A stretch of DNA of 64,000 bases from Leptonemataceae bacterium. GTDB taxonomy: Bacteria; Spirochaetota; Leptospiria; Leptospirales; Leptonemataceae. How positions within the stretch are numbered: position 1 is the first letter of the stretch; every line of letters begins with the position of its first letter. The notes below the pieces were generated by a model. It saw only the letters and a list, made by a program, of their open reading frames with translations. It was not told the DNA's origin and ran no database searches. Below are positions 27,981 to 38,354 of this stretch, in pieces. The position numbers and the translations under genes were made by a program. The stretch is taken from contig OZ245742.1 in assembly GCA_965227295.1 (NCBI GenBank), forward strand, positions 1,088,001-1,152,000, in the 5' to 3' direction.

Positions 27981-28684
27981 CGGTCACGCAAACATACATT
28001 CAACGTTCATTAGTAATCGCCACGATTACGGCCGTGACCTGGCTCGCCCCTTCCGGCAATGCACGCCTGGCCGGAGCCGGCGGTGTTACGATTAGCGAAC
28101 CCCGCGGCGGATTCACCACGAAGCAAACCCAGCGCGTCGCCGGCACCATCGCGGGGAACGTGGATCGGGCCACCGTCGTGGTGAACGGCATCCCCCAGGA
28201 CGTGCCGGTGCGCAACGGTCGTTACGGCGTGAATGTCGTCGTCGCGCCGGGGACGAACATCGTCGAAGTCCGCTCCGGCGCCGGGCGAGACAGCACGTCT
28301 TTTTACGCTAAGGTACCGCGACGGGATATTAAGATTGTCCTCACCTGGGACGACGCACGTTACGTGGACCTCTGGGTCACCGATCCTAAAGGAGAACGCT
28401 GCTACTGGCGACAGCCCACGACATCGAGCGGCGGCAACCTCATCGCCAACGACGAGACCGGCTTCGGACCGCAAATCTTCACAATGGAAAAGGCCCTGCC
28501 CGGTCAGTACAGCATCGACGTGCAGTACTACAGCAAAGGCTTCGCCCCGGTGTCCCGCGTGAAGATCTACGCCGTCCTCTACGAAGGAACGCCCCGGGAA
28601 AAGCGCATGCGCTGGGACTTTGTAATGACAAAGGCCATGTCCGTCTTCCACATCGCGGAGTTCGAAATCGAAAACATTCGGTAG
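27977..28684 (+). CDS. DUF2135/YfaP-like exported protein (paralogue 1)
   Basis: Ig-like N-terminal part then IVLTWD..VDLWVTDP..GGNL..GFGPQIF..GQY; overlaps A2M stop. Confidence 0.82.
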   Translation: MTVTQTYIQRSLVIATITAVTWLAPSGNARLAGAGGVTISEPRGGFTTKQTQRVAGTIAGNVDRATVVVNGIPQDVPVRNGRYGVNVVVAPGTNIVEVRSGAGRDSTSFYAKVPRRDIKIVLTWDDARYVDLWVTDPKGERCYWRQPTTSSGGNLIANDETGFGPQIFTMEKALPGQYSIDVQYYSKGFAPVSRVKIYAVLYEGTPREKRMRWDFVMTKAMSVFHIAEFEIENIR

Positions 28685-28689
28685 TCCCT

Positions 28690-29364
28690 GTGAAATCCTT
28701 AATCTACACTCTCTGCATCTTAACGCTGCTCGCATTCGCAGCACCGCTTTCCGCAGCGCGCGTGATCATCGAAACGCCGCGCGGCGGCCACACGCAAAAA
28801 CGCGTTCAAATCATCACCGGACGCGTCGAGGGTTTCGGCGGCGAACGCGCCACCCTCGTGGTCAACGGCATTTCTCAGGGCCTGCGACTGAACAACGGTC
28901 GCTTCTCCCGCGAGATCATCGTGGCACCCGGGACGAACGTCATCGAGGTGGCGGCGGGCGCGGCGCGGGACCGCGTCTCGTTTTACGCCGACGTGCCGAA
29001 GCGGGACGTGAAAATCGTACTGACCTGGGATACACCGACGGACGTGGACCTCTGGGTTATCGATCCCACCGGCGAGAAGTGTTATTACGTGAACAAGTCC
29101 ACGAAATCCGGCGGCAACCTGGATGTGGACATCACCGACGGCTACGGCCCCGAAACGTTCACCATGGCGAAGGCCCTGCCCGGGGAGTTCAACGTGCAGG
29201 TGCAATACTACGGCTCGTACGGCGCCCCGCTGACCCGCGTGCGTGTGGACGTCGTGCTGCACGAGGGCACACCGCGCGAAGAACGCAAGCAGTTCAACTT
29301 TGTGATGACCCGGGAACACCAGGTCTATCAAATCGCGCGGTTTAACATCGACATTGCCGACTAA
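28690..29364 (+). CDS. DUF2135/YfaP-like exported protein (paralogue 2)
   Basis: IVLTWDTPTDVDLWVIDPTGE..GGNLDVDITDGYGPETF. Confidence 0.85.
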   Translation: MKSLIYTLCILTLLAFAAPLSAARVIIETPRGGHTQKRVQIITGRVEGFGGERATLVVNGISQGLRLNNGRFSREIIVAPGTNVIEVAAGAARDRVSFYADVPKRDVKIVLTWDTPTDVDLWVIDPTGEKCYYVNKSTKSGGNLDVDITDGYGPETFTMAKALPGEFNVQVQYYGSYGAPLTRVRVDVVLHEGTPREERKQFNFVMTREHQVYQIARFNIDIAD

Positions 29365-29371
29365 CTTTGTC

Positions 29372-30796
29372 TCACGAAGAACTACGGACCTGCCGTCGGC
29401 GTTTCCAGAAGCCGTAACCGATCATGCCCACGGCAAACGTTCCGGTTAACGCGAACGCCGGGAACACACCGACGGCGTACGCCTCCCGGCCGAAGTCGGG
29501 AAGCGCACGGTAAAAAAACCACACCAACACCAGCGGCACCAACGGATACACGTAGCCGAACATTATACGCGTGAGCCGGGAGTCGTCGCCCGGGTCCACC
29601 GCTGGACGAATCTTTTGCAACACGGCGCTGCGTTTCTGTAAAAACGGAAACTCCACGAATACGTACGATAGCAGCGCGTAAATCAGCGTTACCGCCACCG
29701 CCGCTGCCGCGAGCAATGCAAAGCTGACCCAGTTTGCGCCCGGAACATAGAGGCCCGCGAGAATTCCCATGCCGAGACCGGAGGCCATGAAGTGCCAGAG
29801 GTACATGCTGTAACTCAATCGCGCGATGGGCCGCCAGAACGAGAAACCCAGCAACCGCGCCACCAACGTCCGCGCATCGAAAGCGAGCACCAGAATAAGC
29901 GCCCATCCGATGTTGTAACAATTGTAGCGCAGAACGTTATAAAAAAACGCGCGCGGTTCGAAGACCGTGAGATGACCCGCGGCCAGTAAAGCCAGCGCAA
30001 CCACCGGCAAAACCAGGCGCGCTCCGAACGAAAGCAGCAACGGCCTACCGCTCGCACGATTCGGAAACAATTCCGAAAGCACGATCCCCGCGATCAGCGA
30101 ATCCGCACGGCAGTGCGTCGGATAATAGACCAGCACAAAGTGATCGTGGGAGCTTTCCACGAACGGCAACACGTACCAGCGCGCGAGGAGCGGCCCGAGA
30201 TACAGCCCCGCGAGTAACATCAGCCGCGTGTACCTTTGCAGCGGATACATCACAAAGTGCGCGAAAAACGGTAAAATTAAGTAAAAGTGCTCTTCCACGG
30301 CCAACGACCAACCGTGCACAATGCTGCCTTCCGAGGTATAGTTTGTGATATAAAAGGCGTCGTGAGGAAACTTTGCCGCGAGTCCGAAGAAGACGTAGTC
30401 CAGGCCCGCCTGGTCGCTCACGCCGAAGCCGCCCAGCAGAAACTTAAACGTAAGCAGAAAGTTGATCGCGAGAAAAAAATAGTACGCCGGAAAGATGCGC
30501 ATGCTCCGCGAAATAAAGAACACCCGAAAATCGACACGACCGAGCTTCGCGTAGGCCTTGCGCAGGCCGGCCGCAATCAAATAGCCGCTGAGCACAAAGA
30601 ATAAATCCAAAAACGACGCGATGTTGCCGAACACGGCGTGAACGAACCACGGCGCTTCCGGCAGAATCGACATATCCTTCATGCCGTGCCAGACGTGGCC
30701 GGCGATAACGATCATGGTACCCGCGGCCCGTACGCCGTTCAGCCCCGGGATCTCATCCCGGGCCGGCAAAAATAACGAACGCAAAGCAGAGAGCAT
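29372..30796 (-). CDS. Acyltransferase family 3 (OafA/YrhL-like) membrane protein
   Basis: LNGVRA, DLFFVLSGYLI, RIFPAYY, WSLAVEEHFY, SYSMYLWH. Confidence 0.92.
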   Translation of the reverse strand: MLSALRSLFLPARDEIPGLNGVRAAGTMIVIAGHVWHGMKDMSILPEAPWFVHAVFGNIASFLDLFFVLSGYLIAAGLRKAYAKLGRVDFRVFFISRSMRIFPAYYFFLAINFLLTFKFLLGGFGVSDQAGLDYVFFGLAAKFPHDAFYITNYTSEGSIVHGWSLAVEEHFYLILPFFAHFVMYPLQRYTRLMLLAGLYLGPLLARWYVLPFVESSHDHFVLVYYPTHCRADSLIAGIVLSELFPNRASGRPLLLSFGARLVLPVVALALLAAGHLTVFEPRAFFYNVLRYNCYNIGWALILVLAFDARTLVARLLGFSFWRPIARLSYSMYLWHFMASGLGMGILAGLYVPGANWVSFALLAAAAVAVTLIYALLSYVFVEFPFLQKRSAVLQKIRPAVDPGDDSRLTRIMFGYVYPLVPLVLVWFFYRALPDFGREAYAVGVFPAFALTGTFAVGMIGYGFWKRRRQVRSSS

Positions 30797-30818
30797 CTAA
30801 ACTTACGCAGCCAGGACG

Positions 30819-32075
30819 TTAGCGCGGCGGATCCAGCCGATAGACCTTGCCCGCGCCGAAGTCGCCGACGTAGAGTTCACCGTTCCGGTCCTGGCCGAAC
30901 GTGGAAAGCAACATCGGCCACTTCCCCAGCGCATGCACCGCACCATCCGGCACCCGGTCGCCATCGGCAGGAATTTCCAGCGCCCAGATGCGACCGGTGA
31001 TGAAATCCCCGAAGACGTACTTCCCTCTCAGTGCGGGAATGCGTTCCCCGCTGTACACAAAACCGCCGGTGATCGACTTGCCGTCGGTACGACCATACTG
31101 ATAGATCGGCGGTGCGAAACCATCCGCGCAGTTTTCTTTCGGTTCGAAGCAGGCGAACCCCTCACGTACGTTCCAGCCGTAGTTCTGACCCGCTTCAATG
31201 ACGTTAATTTCTTCGAACGAATTCTGACCCACGTCCGCCACGATCAAACGACCGCGCGGATCAAAACTGTACCGCCACGGATTGCGCAGCCCCACGGCAA
31301 AAGCTTCCGGCGCGGCCAAGTCTCCCGGGAAAGGATTATCCTCCGGAATCGCGTAGGCCCGGCCGCCTTCGCTGCGGTCCACATCGATCCGTAACATACT
31401 CCCGAGTAAAGTTTGCGGATTTTGTCCGTTCCCCTCAGGATCGCCGGCCCAACCGCCGTCGCCCCAGCCGATATAGAGCATGCCGTCCGGCCCGAAAGCC
31501 AGTCCGCCGGCGTTGTGGTTTTGATATGGTTGCGCGACTTCCATGATCAACCGTTCGTTGCCGATCCGCGAAGCCGCGGCCGGATCCGCGACGACCCATT
31601 CAGCGACGCGACTGATGTCCGCCCCGTCTTTCTCTAAAGTATAGTTCAGATACAGTTTACCGTTTTGGGCATAGCGCGGATGAAAGGCAAGCCCCAGGAG
31701 GCCCTGTTCCGAAGTGGTGGTGACTTTCAGTTCCAGAAGAACGCGCGATTCCCCACTACGCAATTCGAAGACGTGCAGCCGGCCCATCTTTGTTAAAACG
31801 AACATCAGCGAGCGAGCGCCCGGGGGAAACTGGATGTCCGTGATCTGAGTCAGGCCCGCGGCCACTTCGGTAAAACTCACGGGAATGCGTTCACGATTCT
31901 CGTCCAGATCCGTGAACACCGGGCTCAGTTCCGCGGGATTGCCCTCGGCCTCGTAACCCGGCTCTCCGCCGACGAGATCGATGGCGGCTCGCCGCAAACC
32001 ACCGCACTGCACGACAGCCGCCGCAAGGATCAGCACGGCAATACCGCGCAGCGGATTCTGGTAATCTTGCATCAT
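30819..32075 (-). CDS. PQQ-dependent sugar/sorbosone dehydrogenase family, probable lipoprotein
   Basis: EQGLLGLAFHP, NHNAGGLAFGPDG, GLRNPWRYSFD, ADVGQ; AVVQC signal. Confidence 0.92.
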   Translation of the reverse strand: MMQDYQNPLRGIAVLILAAAVVQCGGLRRAAIDLVGGEPGYEAEGNPAELSPVFTDLDENRERIPVSFTEVAAGLTQITDIQFPPGARSLMFVLTKMGRLHVFELRSGESRVLLELKVTTTSEQGLLGLAFHPRYAQNGKLYLNYTLEKDGADISRVAEWVVADPAAASRIGNERLIMEVAQPYQNHNAGGLAFGPDGMLYIGWGDGGWAGDPEGNGQNPQTLLGSMLRIDVDRSEGGRAYAIPEDNPFPGDLAAPEAFAVGLRNPWRYSFDPRGRLIVADVGQNSFEEINVIEAGQNYGWNVREGFACFEPKENCADGFAPPIYQYGRTDGKSITGGFVYSGERIPALRGKYVFGDFITGRIWALEIPADGDRVPDGAVHALGKWPMLLSTFGQDRNGELYVGDFGAGKVYRLDPPR

Positions 32076-32081
32076 GTGTAC

Positions 32082-33716
32082 TTAAGAAACCGTGGCACTA
32101 TCGGCGGAAGCGGTCTTCGACTTCGGGTGCGGGGCACCGATCTTCAGGAACTTGTGTGGTCGCGCCGCCACGCGGATGAGTGCCATGGTAATAGCGATCA
32201 CGAGAAAGAGCGCGGGCAGGCCGCCGAGTTGCGAAAGCGTCTTCACGCCTTCGATGCCCCCGGCGCTCACCATGAACAGGGCGATGGCGCCCACCGTAAG
32301 GCCCCACACAAGTTTAATCAGCGGCCCCGGTTCGGGACTATCCGGTGAAACACCGGCGGTACTGATGCCGCCCATGGCACTGGTATTCGAATCGGCCGCC
32401 GTTACGTACGACAAAAACGAAGTTAAGACGAAGACCACCACCACCAGCGAAGTGAACGGGAATTCGTCGAGGATCGCGTAGACTACCGACTCCGGCCCGT
32501 GGGACAGCAGACGTTCATAGAGCCCGGCGCCCTCGACGGAATCGAGGTAAATCGACGTGCCGCCGAAGATGGTCATCCACACTGCGCCGAAGAGCGCGGG
32601 TACGATCCAGTTGAACAGAACGAACTCACGCACAGTATAACCGTAACCGATCCGCCCGAGGAAGAGCGCCGTAATCGGCGCCCAGGCCAACCAGTTCGCC
32701 CAGTAAAAGATGGTCCAGTACTGCGGCCACTTGTCCTCGATCTCGGCACCGGTGAACAGACCCGTGCTCCCCGTAAACAACGACATGCTGAAGAAGTTCG
32801 TAATGTAGCTGCCGATACCCTCGGCACCGAAGCTGAGGATGAACCCCGTGGGCCCGGCGAACAACACGAAGGCGGCGATGGCAAAGAAGATTTTTGCGTT
32901 AACGTCGGAAAGAATGCGAATGCCTTTCATCAAACCGCTCAACGACGAAATAATGAACGTGATTACGATGGCCCCGGCGATCGCCGGCAGCAGCCAGTCC
33001 GCGGGCCCGATATCCGCCAGATGCCGAATGCCTCCCGCTAATGTAAGAATACCTGTACCTAACGACGAAGCCATGCCGGCAACGAGAGCGTACAGACACA
33101 CGGAGTCGATCACCGCGGAACCGGCCTTTGTTTCTTTCAAGATCGGCGTAAGCGTGGCACCGAGACTGAACGAGCCGCCCATGTTGTAGTAGGCCAGCGC
33201 GAACATCAACGCCGGTACCGTATAGATGGCGTACGGTGTAAACGTCCAGTGCAGATACAACGAACTCATGGCGAACTTCGCCGCCCGCGCGGATTCCGGC
33301 TCCATGTCCATGGAAGCCGGCGGTTTGTGGATGTGATACAACGGCTCGGCCGTGGCCCAGAACATGACGCCGATGGCGATGGTGGTGCAGAGGACGATGG
33401 AAAACCACTTCCAGCGATCCAGCATGGGCTTCGCATCCGGGCCGCCGATGCGATAACCCGCCAGGGGCGAGAAGTTCACCCAGACGCAGACGCCCACCAT
33501 AACAAGAGTGGTGACATTGAACAACCAGCCGAAGCGATCCAGGGCCCACTCTTTGGCGGTGTTCGTGTATGCGAGAAAGAGCGGGCCGTCCACCGCGCTC
33601 AAGATCGCCGCCGCCGCCAGAAGAAGAAAGGGCGGCCAGAAAACGCTATGCCGTAGATTTTTCAATAATCCAGTATGTCGAATCGGCGTTTGAAATGCAA
33701 CAAGATCGGCGCACAC
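32082..33716 (-). CDS. BCCT (betaine/carnitine/choline) family transporter
   Basis: FWATAEPLYH, HW, WTIFYWANWLAWAP, TAADS; start uncertain, possibly near 33665. Confidence 0.92.
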   Translation of the reverse strand: MCADLVAFQTPIRHTGLLKNLRHSVFWPPFLLLAAAAILSAVDGPLFLAYTNTAKEWALDRFGWLFNVTTLVMVGVCVWVNFSPLAGYRIGGPDAKPMLDRWKWFSIVLCTTIAIGVMFWATAEPLYHIHKPPASMDMEPESARAAKFAMSSLYLHWTFTPYAIYTVPALMFALAYYNMGGSFSLGATLTPILKETKAGSAVIDSVCLYALVAGMASSLGTGILTLAGGIRHLADIGPADWLLPAIAGAIVITFIISSLSGLMKGIRILSDVNAKIFFAIAAFVLFAGPTGFILSFGAEGIGSYITNFFSMSLFTGSTGLFTGAEIEDKWPQYWTIFYWANWLAWAPITALFLGRIGYGYTVREFVLFNWIVPALFGAVWMTIFGGTSIYLDSVEGAGLYERLLSHGPESVVYAILDEFPFTSLVVVVFVLTSFLSYVTAADSNTSAMGGISTAGVSPDSPEPGPLIKLVWGLTVGAIALFMVSAGGIEGVKTLSQLGGLPALFLVIAITMALIRVAARPHKFLKIGAPHPKSKTASADSATVS

Positions 33717-33727
33717 AAAACAATCGA

Positions 33728-34492
33728 ATGCTCGTCTTCACGGATCTCGACGGCACCCTGCTAAATCATCATGACTATTCCTACGACGACGCCCGTCCCG
33801 CGCTGGAACGCCTGCGTCTGGCGGACATTCCCATCATCCTCACAACGTCCAAAACCGCGGCCGAAGTCGAAGCCCTGCGCTCCGAGCTGGACAACCACGA
33901 TCCGTACATCGTGGAGAATGGCAGCCTCTACTTCGCCGGCGACCACGAGCCGGAGTACCTGGCGCCGCACTACGACGAAACCCTCGCCGCCCTGCATGAA
34001 CTCCGTGAGCACTACGCCTTTCCCTTTCGCGGCTTTGCCGATATGGATGATTCGGCCGTTGCCGAAGCCACCGGGCTGAAACTCGTCGACGCGCGCCGGT
34101 CACGCCGACGGCTCAGCTCGGAACCGATCCTGTGGGACGGCGACGATGCGCGGCTCGGCGAGTTCGAGGAGCGACTGAGTAAGATTGGCTTCCGGCTGCT
34201 TCGTGGCGGCCGGTTCTATCACGTACTTGGGGCGCGGGCCGGCAAAGATCACGCCATGCGCTCCATCGCGGCGGGGTACGCCGGCGGCGAAGATGTGCTG
34301 ACCGTAGCTCTCGGGGATTCGCCGAACGACGCGGACATGCTCGAGAGCGCGAGCGTAGCCGTGGTGATTCCAGCGGCGACGGGAAAAAGACTGGAACTGA
34401 AGCGCACCGAACGAACAATATACGCAGCACAGCCGGGCCCCGCCGGATGGAACACCGCCGTGCAACGCATCCTCGATCAATACGGCTACTAA
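33728..34492 (+). CDS. Glucosyl/mannosyl-3-phosphoglycerate phosphatase (HAD-IIB, YedP/MpgP-like)
   Basis: FTDLDGTLL, TSKTAAE, ENGS, GGRFYH, LGDSPNDADML. Confidence 0.9.
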   Translation: MLVFTDLDGTLLNHHDYSYDDARPALERLRLADIPIILTTSKTAAEVEALRSELDNHDPYIVENGSLYFAGDHEPEYLAPHYDETLAALHELREHYAFPFRGFADMDDSAVAEATGLKLVDARRSRRRLSSEPILWDGDDARLGEFEERLSKIGFRLLRGGRFYHVLGARAGKDHAMRSIAAGYAGGEDVLTVALGDSPNDADMLESASVAVVIPAATGKRLELKRTERTIYAAQPGPAGWNTAVQRILDQYGY

Positions 34493-34506
34493 CGGCACAG
34501 GAAACT

Positions 34507-35742
34507 ATGGGCGATTTTTTTCAGAACGGCGTAATCACAACTCTGCACAACTTAGGTGACCGGCCCCTCGAAGAACTCGAAGATGAGCTGCGCAGTTTCC
34601 GCAATCGCAATCCCATGGCGCTGGTATTGCCCTCGCTCTACTCCGAGCTGCAGGGACCGGCCCTGGGCAAGATCATCGACGAACTCGCGCACGCCGACTA
34701 CATCGACGAAATCATCATCGGCCTGGACCGCGCCAACGAGAACGAGTTCCTGCACGCCCGGGATTACTTCTCGCGATTGCCCCAGCGCCATCGCGTTATT
34801 TGGAACGACGGCCCGAAGATGCGCGCGCTGCACGAACGTCTATCGAACCTGGGTTTGGCCCCGTCCGAGCCGGGCAAAGGCCGCAACGTCTGGTACTGCT
34901 TCGGCTATTTTCTGGCCTCGGGGCGTGCGAACACGGTGGCGCTGCATGACTGCGACATCCTGGCATACTCCCGTGCCCTGCCCGCGCGATTGTTCTATCC
35001 CATCGCCCATCCCGGCTTCAGCTACAAGTTCTGCAAGGGCTACTACTACCGGGCGGCCGGGGGCAAGCTCAACGGGCGCGTGAGTCGATTGCTCGTAACA
35101 CCGTTGATTCGCGCGCTGCAAAAGGCCTTCGGTGCCGGCGAGTGGAACGCTTACCTCGAGTATCTCGACAGCTTTCGATATCCCCTGGCCGGCGAGTTCT
35201 GCATGGGTCGCGACGTCGTAAAGATCGTGCGCATTCCCAGCGACTGGGGCCTGGAGATCGGCGTACTTTCCGAAGTGCATCGGAACTACTCGTGGCAGCG
35301 CATCTGTCAGGTGGACATCGCCGACGCCTACGACCACAAGCACCAGGATGTGAGCGCGGACGATAAGTCGCGCGGACTCTCGCGGATGAGCATCGATATC
35401 TCCAAGGCCATCTTTCGTAAAATGGCGACCAACGGCGCGATCTTCACGCCGGAACTTTTTCGTACGCTCAAGGCCGTTTACTATCGCATCGCCCTGGACT
35501 TCGTGGAGCAGTACCACAGCGACGCGGTCATGAACGGCATGCAGCTCGATCGTCATTCCGAAGAGCGCACAGTGGAACTCTTCGCCGAGAACCTCGTCGC
35601 CGCCGGCAAACGTTTTCTGGAAAATCCCATGGAGACGCCGTTCATCCCCAGTTGGGAACGGGTCTCCAGTGCCATCCCCGATTTTCTGGAGCTGCTCTAC
35701 GAAGCCGTCGAGGTGGACAACCAGTCAGGAGATCCGGCGTGA
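34507..35742 (+). CDS. gpgS: Glucosyl-3-phosphoglycerate synthase
   Basis: DFFQNGVITTLH, LPSLYSE, GKGRNVW, HDCD, GRVSRL, YPLAGE, DWGLEIG, YDHKHQ. Confidence 0.88.
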   Translation: MGDFFQNGVITTLHNLGDRPLEELEDELRSFRNRNPMALVLPSLYSELQGPALGKIIDELAHADYIDEIIIGLDRANENEFLHARDYFSRLPQRHRVIWNDGPKMRALHERLSNLGLAPSEPGKGRNVWYCFGYFLASGRANTVALHDCDILAYSRALPARLFYPIAHPGFSYKFCKGYYYRAAGGKLNGRVSRLLVTPLIRALQKAFGAGEWNAYLEYLDSFRYPLAGEFCMGRDVVKIVRIPSDWGLEIGVLSEVHRNYSWQRICQVDIADAYDHKHQDVSADDKSRGLSRMSIDISKAIFRKMATNGAIFTPELFRTLKAVYYRIALDFVEQYHSDAVMNGMQLDRHSEERTVELFAENLVAAGKRFLENPMETPFIPSWERVSSAIPDFLELLYEAVEVDNQSGDPA

Positions 35743-37469
35743 CAGCCCCGGGCATCCGGTACGAGGCGAAACCGATCCCGGCCCGCCTCCGGGCGCTGTA
35801 CTCCGACGAAGACGCCGACCTCGCCTTCCACGAAATCCGCGGGCTCATTATGAAATACCGCCGCCGCATTCAGTCGGAGCCGTACCGTCTCAGTGAGAAA
35901 GACGTCATCCTCATCACGTACGGCGATCAGGTCCACCGCCGCGGCGAGGCCACGCTGAAAACCCTGGGCACGTTCCTGGATCAACGCCTGCGCGACGTCG
36001 TAAACTCGGTGCACATCCTGCCGTTTTATCCGTACAGTTCCGACGACGGATTCTCCGTCATCGATTACGTACGCGTGGACCCGAAGCTCGGCCGCTGGCA
36101 CGACATCGAAGAACTCGGCCGCCGCGGTTACCGCCTCATGTTCGACGCGGTGATCAATCACATCTCCCGTCACAGCGATTGGTTTCGTCGTTACCTGGAC
36201 TGCGATCCCGAGTACGAAGATTTCTTCACGGACGTCGATCCGTCAACGGACCTGTCGTCGGTAGTGCGGCCGCGCACGTCACCGATTCTGTCCGACTTCA
36301 CCGACGCTCGCGGCCGGCAGCGCGCCGTGTGGTGCACGTTCAGTCACGATCAGATCGACCTCAACTACGCGAACTATCGCGTCCTGCTCGCGGTACTGGA
36401 CGTGTTGTTTCAGTACATCGAACGCGGGGCGAAGCTGCTGCGATTGGACGCCATCGCGTTCGTATGGAAGGAACTCGGCGGGCCCTGCGTACATCTGCGG
36501 CAAACCCACGAACTCATTCAGTTAATGCGCGAGGTGCTGCATCAGGTCGCGCCGGAGGTGATCATCATCACCGAAACGAACGTGCCGCATAAAGAAAACG
36601 TTTCGTATTTCGGCAACGGCGACGACGAGGCCCAGATGGTCTACAACTTCGCCCTGCCGCCGTTGCTTGCTTACAGCTTGCTCAAAGGCGACACCACGAC
36701 ACTGAAACACTGGGCACGCTCGCTCGAACTACCCAGCGACAAGGTTTGCTTCTTTAACTTTACAGCTTCCCACGACGGGGTCGGCCTGCGTCCGGTCCAG
36801 GATGTCCTGCCGCCGGAGGACATTCATTTTCTCGTACAGACCGCAACGAACCACGGCGGACGCGTTTCGTACCGCGCCATGAGCGACGGCAGCCGCTCCC
36901 CCTACGAACTCAACTGCAACTACATGGACCTGCTCACGCACCCGGACGTGGACAACGAGGTCCGCGCGGCCCGTCTCCTGCTATCTCAGGCCGTCACACT
37001 CGCGATGCCCGGTGTCCCCGGCGTATACTTTCACTCGCTGGTGGGCTCACGGAACTGGACGGACGGCGTAAACATCACGGGCGTCAATCGTTCGATCAAT
37101 CGGCAGAAACTGGAACTGGACCTACTGGAAGCAGAACTGGACGATGCCGGACACCTCCGGCATCGCGTTTTTACGGAGTATCGCCGCCTCATTGAAATTC
37201 GCACGGCCGAGGCGGCCTTCGATCCCTTCGGCCCGTTCTCGTTTCCCGACGCCGGGCCGGGCATCTTCGCCATCCACCAGCGCGCACAAACTTCCAGTGA
37301 ACAAATAGTAGCATTACACAACTTCCAGAGCGGCCCGCGCACCGCGACGCTCCCGGACGACTTCCCCCTGCCCGCCGTCGACCTCCTCACCGGCGCAACA
37401 ATCAGCGAACGCAACGTCGAACTAAACGCCTACACCATCCTCTGGTTGAAACACGGCGAATCCCCATGA
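35739..37469 (+). CDS. GH13_18 phosphorylase, probably glucosylglycerate phosphorylase
   Basis: LITYGD, HILPFYPYSSDDGF, RLDA, ITETNVP, ASHDG, PYELN. Confidence 0.88.
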   Translation: MTAPGIRYEAKPIPARLRALYSDEDADLAFHEIRGLIMKYRRRIQSEPYRLSEKDVILITYGDQVHRRGEATLKTLGTFLDQRLRDVVNSVHILPFYPYSSDDGFSVIDYVRVDPKLGRWHDIEELGRRGYRLMFDAVINHISRHSDWFRRYLDCDPEYEDFFTDVDPSTDLSSVVRPRTSPILSDFTDARGRQRAVWCTFSHDQIDLNYANYRVLLAVLDVLFQYIERGAKLLRLDAIAFVWKELGGPCVHLRQTHELIQLMREVLHQVAPEVIIITETNVPHKENVSYFGNGDDEAQMVYNFALPPLLAYSLLKGDTTTLKHWARSLELPSDKVCFFNFTASHDGVGLRPVQDVLPPEDIHFLVQTATNHGGRVSYRAMSDGSRSPYELNCNYMDLLTHPDVDNEVRAARLLLSQAVTLAMPGVPGVYFHSLVGSRNWTDGVNITGVNRSINRQKLELDLLEAELDDAGHLRHRVFTEYRRLIEIRTAEAAFDPFGPFSFPDAGPGIFAIHQRAQTSSEQIVALHNFQSGPRTATLPDDFPLPAVDLLTGATISERNVELNAYTILWLKHGESP

Positions 37470-38353
37470 ACCTGCGCCTCGCGAAGGGCTACGGTCCCAC
37501 CGCCCCCGAGGCCGCACTCTTTCACCGTTTCGTTGGCGAAGTCTTCGGCGGGGAAGTTTCATTCGAAGACTGGGCGAGGCGCGGCTACTGGAGCGATCGC
37601 TACGTGCCGTACTCATTCATCGACGGCAATCGTATGGTGGCCAACGCCTCAGCGGTTCGCATGCAGTTGATCGCAGGCCCGGACGGCGCGCCGCGATACA
37701 CGTCCGGCATCCAGTTCGCCACCGTCGGCACGGCACCCGAATACAGAGACCGCGGACTTGCCCGCCGATTGATCCAGGCCGCCCTGGACGATCATCGCGA
37801 CGCGGCGTACGTCTTTCTCTACGGCAACGACGACGTGCTGGATTTTTATCCGAAGCTCGGCTTCAGCCCGGTACAGGAACATCTCTTCGAAGGCGCGCCA
37901 CAAACCTGCGCTCAATTAAACTTACGCCGTCTCACCTTCACCGGGGACACCCCCATCATTGAACGCATGGCTCGCGAACGCCAGCCGATCACGCATCGCT
38001 TCGGAGCAGCGGACTACGACCACATCCTGCTGTTTCACATCATGCACTTCTTTCCCGGGGCCCTGCACCACTTTCCCGATGACGATATTCTGATCATTAC
38101 CACCGCGGAAGCAGGCACCCTGCATGTGCATGACATACTCTTCACTCGCGAAATTGCAGCGGAGGATCTGCGTGCTTGTGTCTATGTCATTGCCGCGGAA
38201 CACAAAGTCCGGCGCATCGTGTACCACTTCACGCCGGAACGTGTGGATCCGGCGGCCCGCCCGTTCGAGACTCGTTTCGATTCACCGCTGTTCGTGCGCG
38301 GAGCACTTCCGGCCTCGCCGCCTTTCAAGTTCCCGGCCCTGGCGCAAACGTAA
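37466..38353 (+). CDS. GNAT family acetyltransferase
   Basis: TVGTAPEYRDRGLARRL, FYPKLGF. Confidence 0.85.
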   Translation: MNLRLAKGYGPTAPEAALFHRFVGEVFGGEVSFEDWARRGYWSDRYVPYSFIDGNRMVANASAVRMQLIAGPDGAPRYTSGIQFATVGTAPEYRDRGLARRLIQAALDDHRDAAYVFLYGNDDVLDFYPKLGFSPVQEHLFEGAPQTCAQLNLRRLTFTGDTPIIERMARERQPITHRFGAADYDHILLFHIMHFFPGALHHFPDDDILIITTAEAGTLHVHDILFTREIAAEDLRACVYVIAAEHKVRRIVYHFTPERVDPAARPFETRFDSPLFVRGALPASPPFKFPALAQT

Positions 38354-38354
38354 C

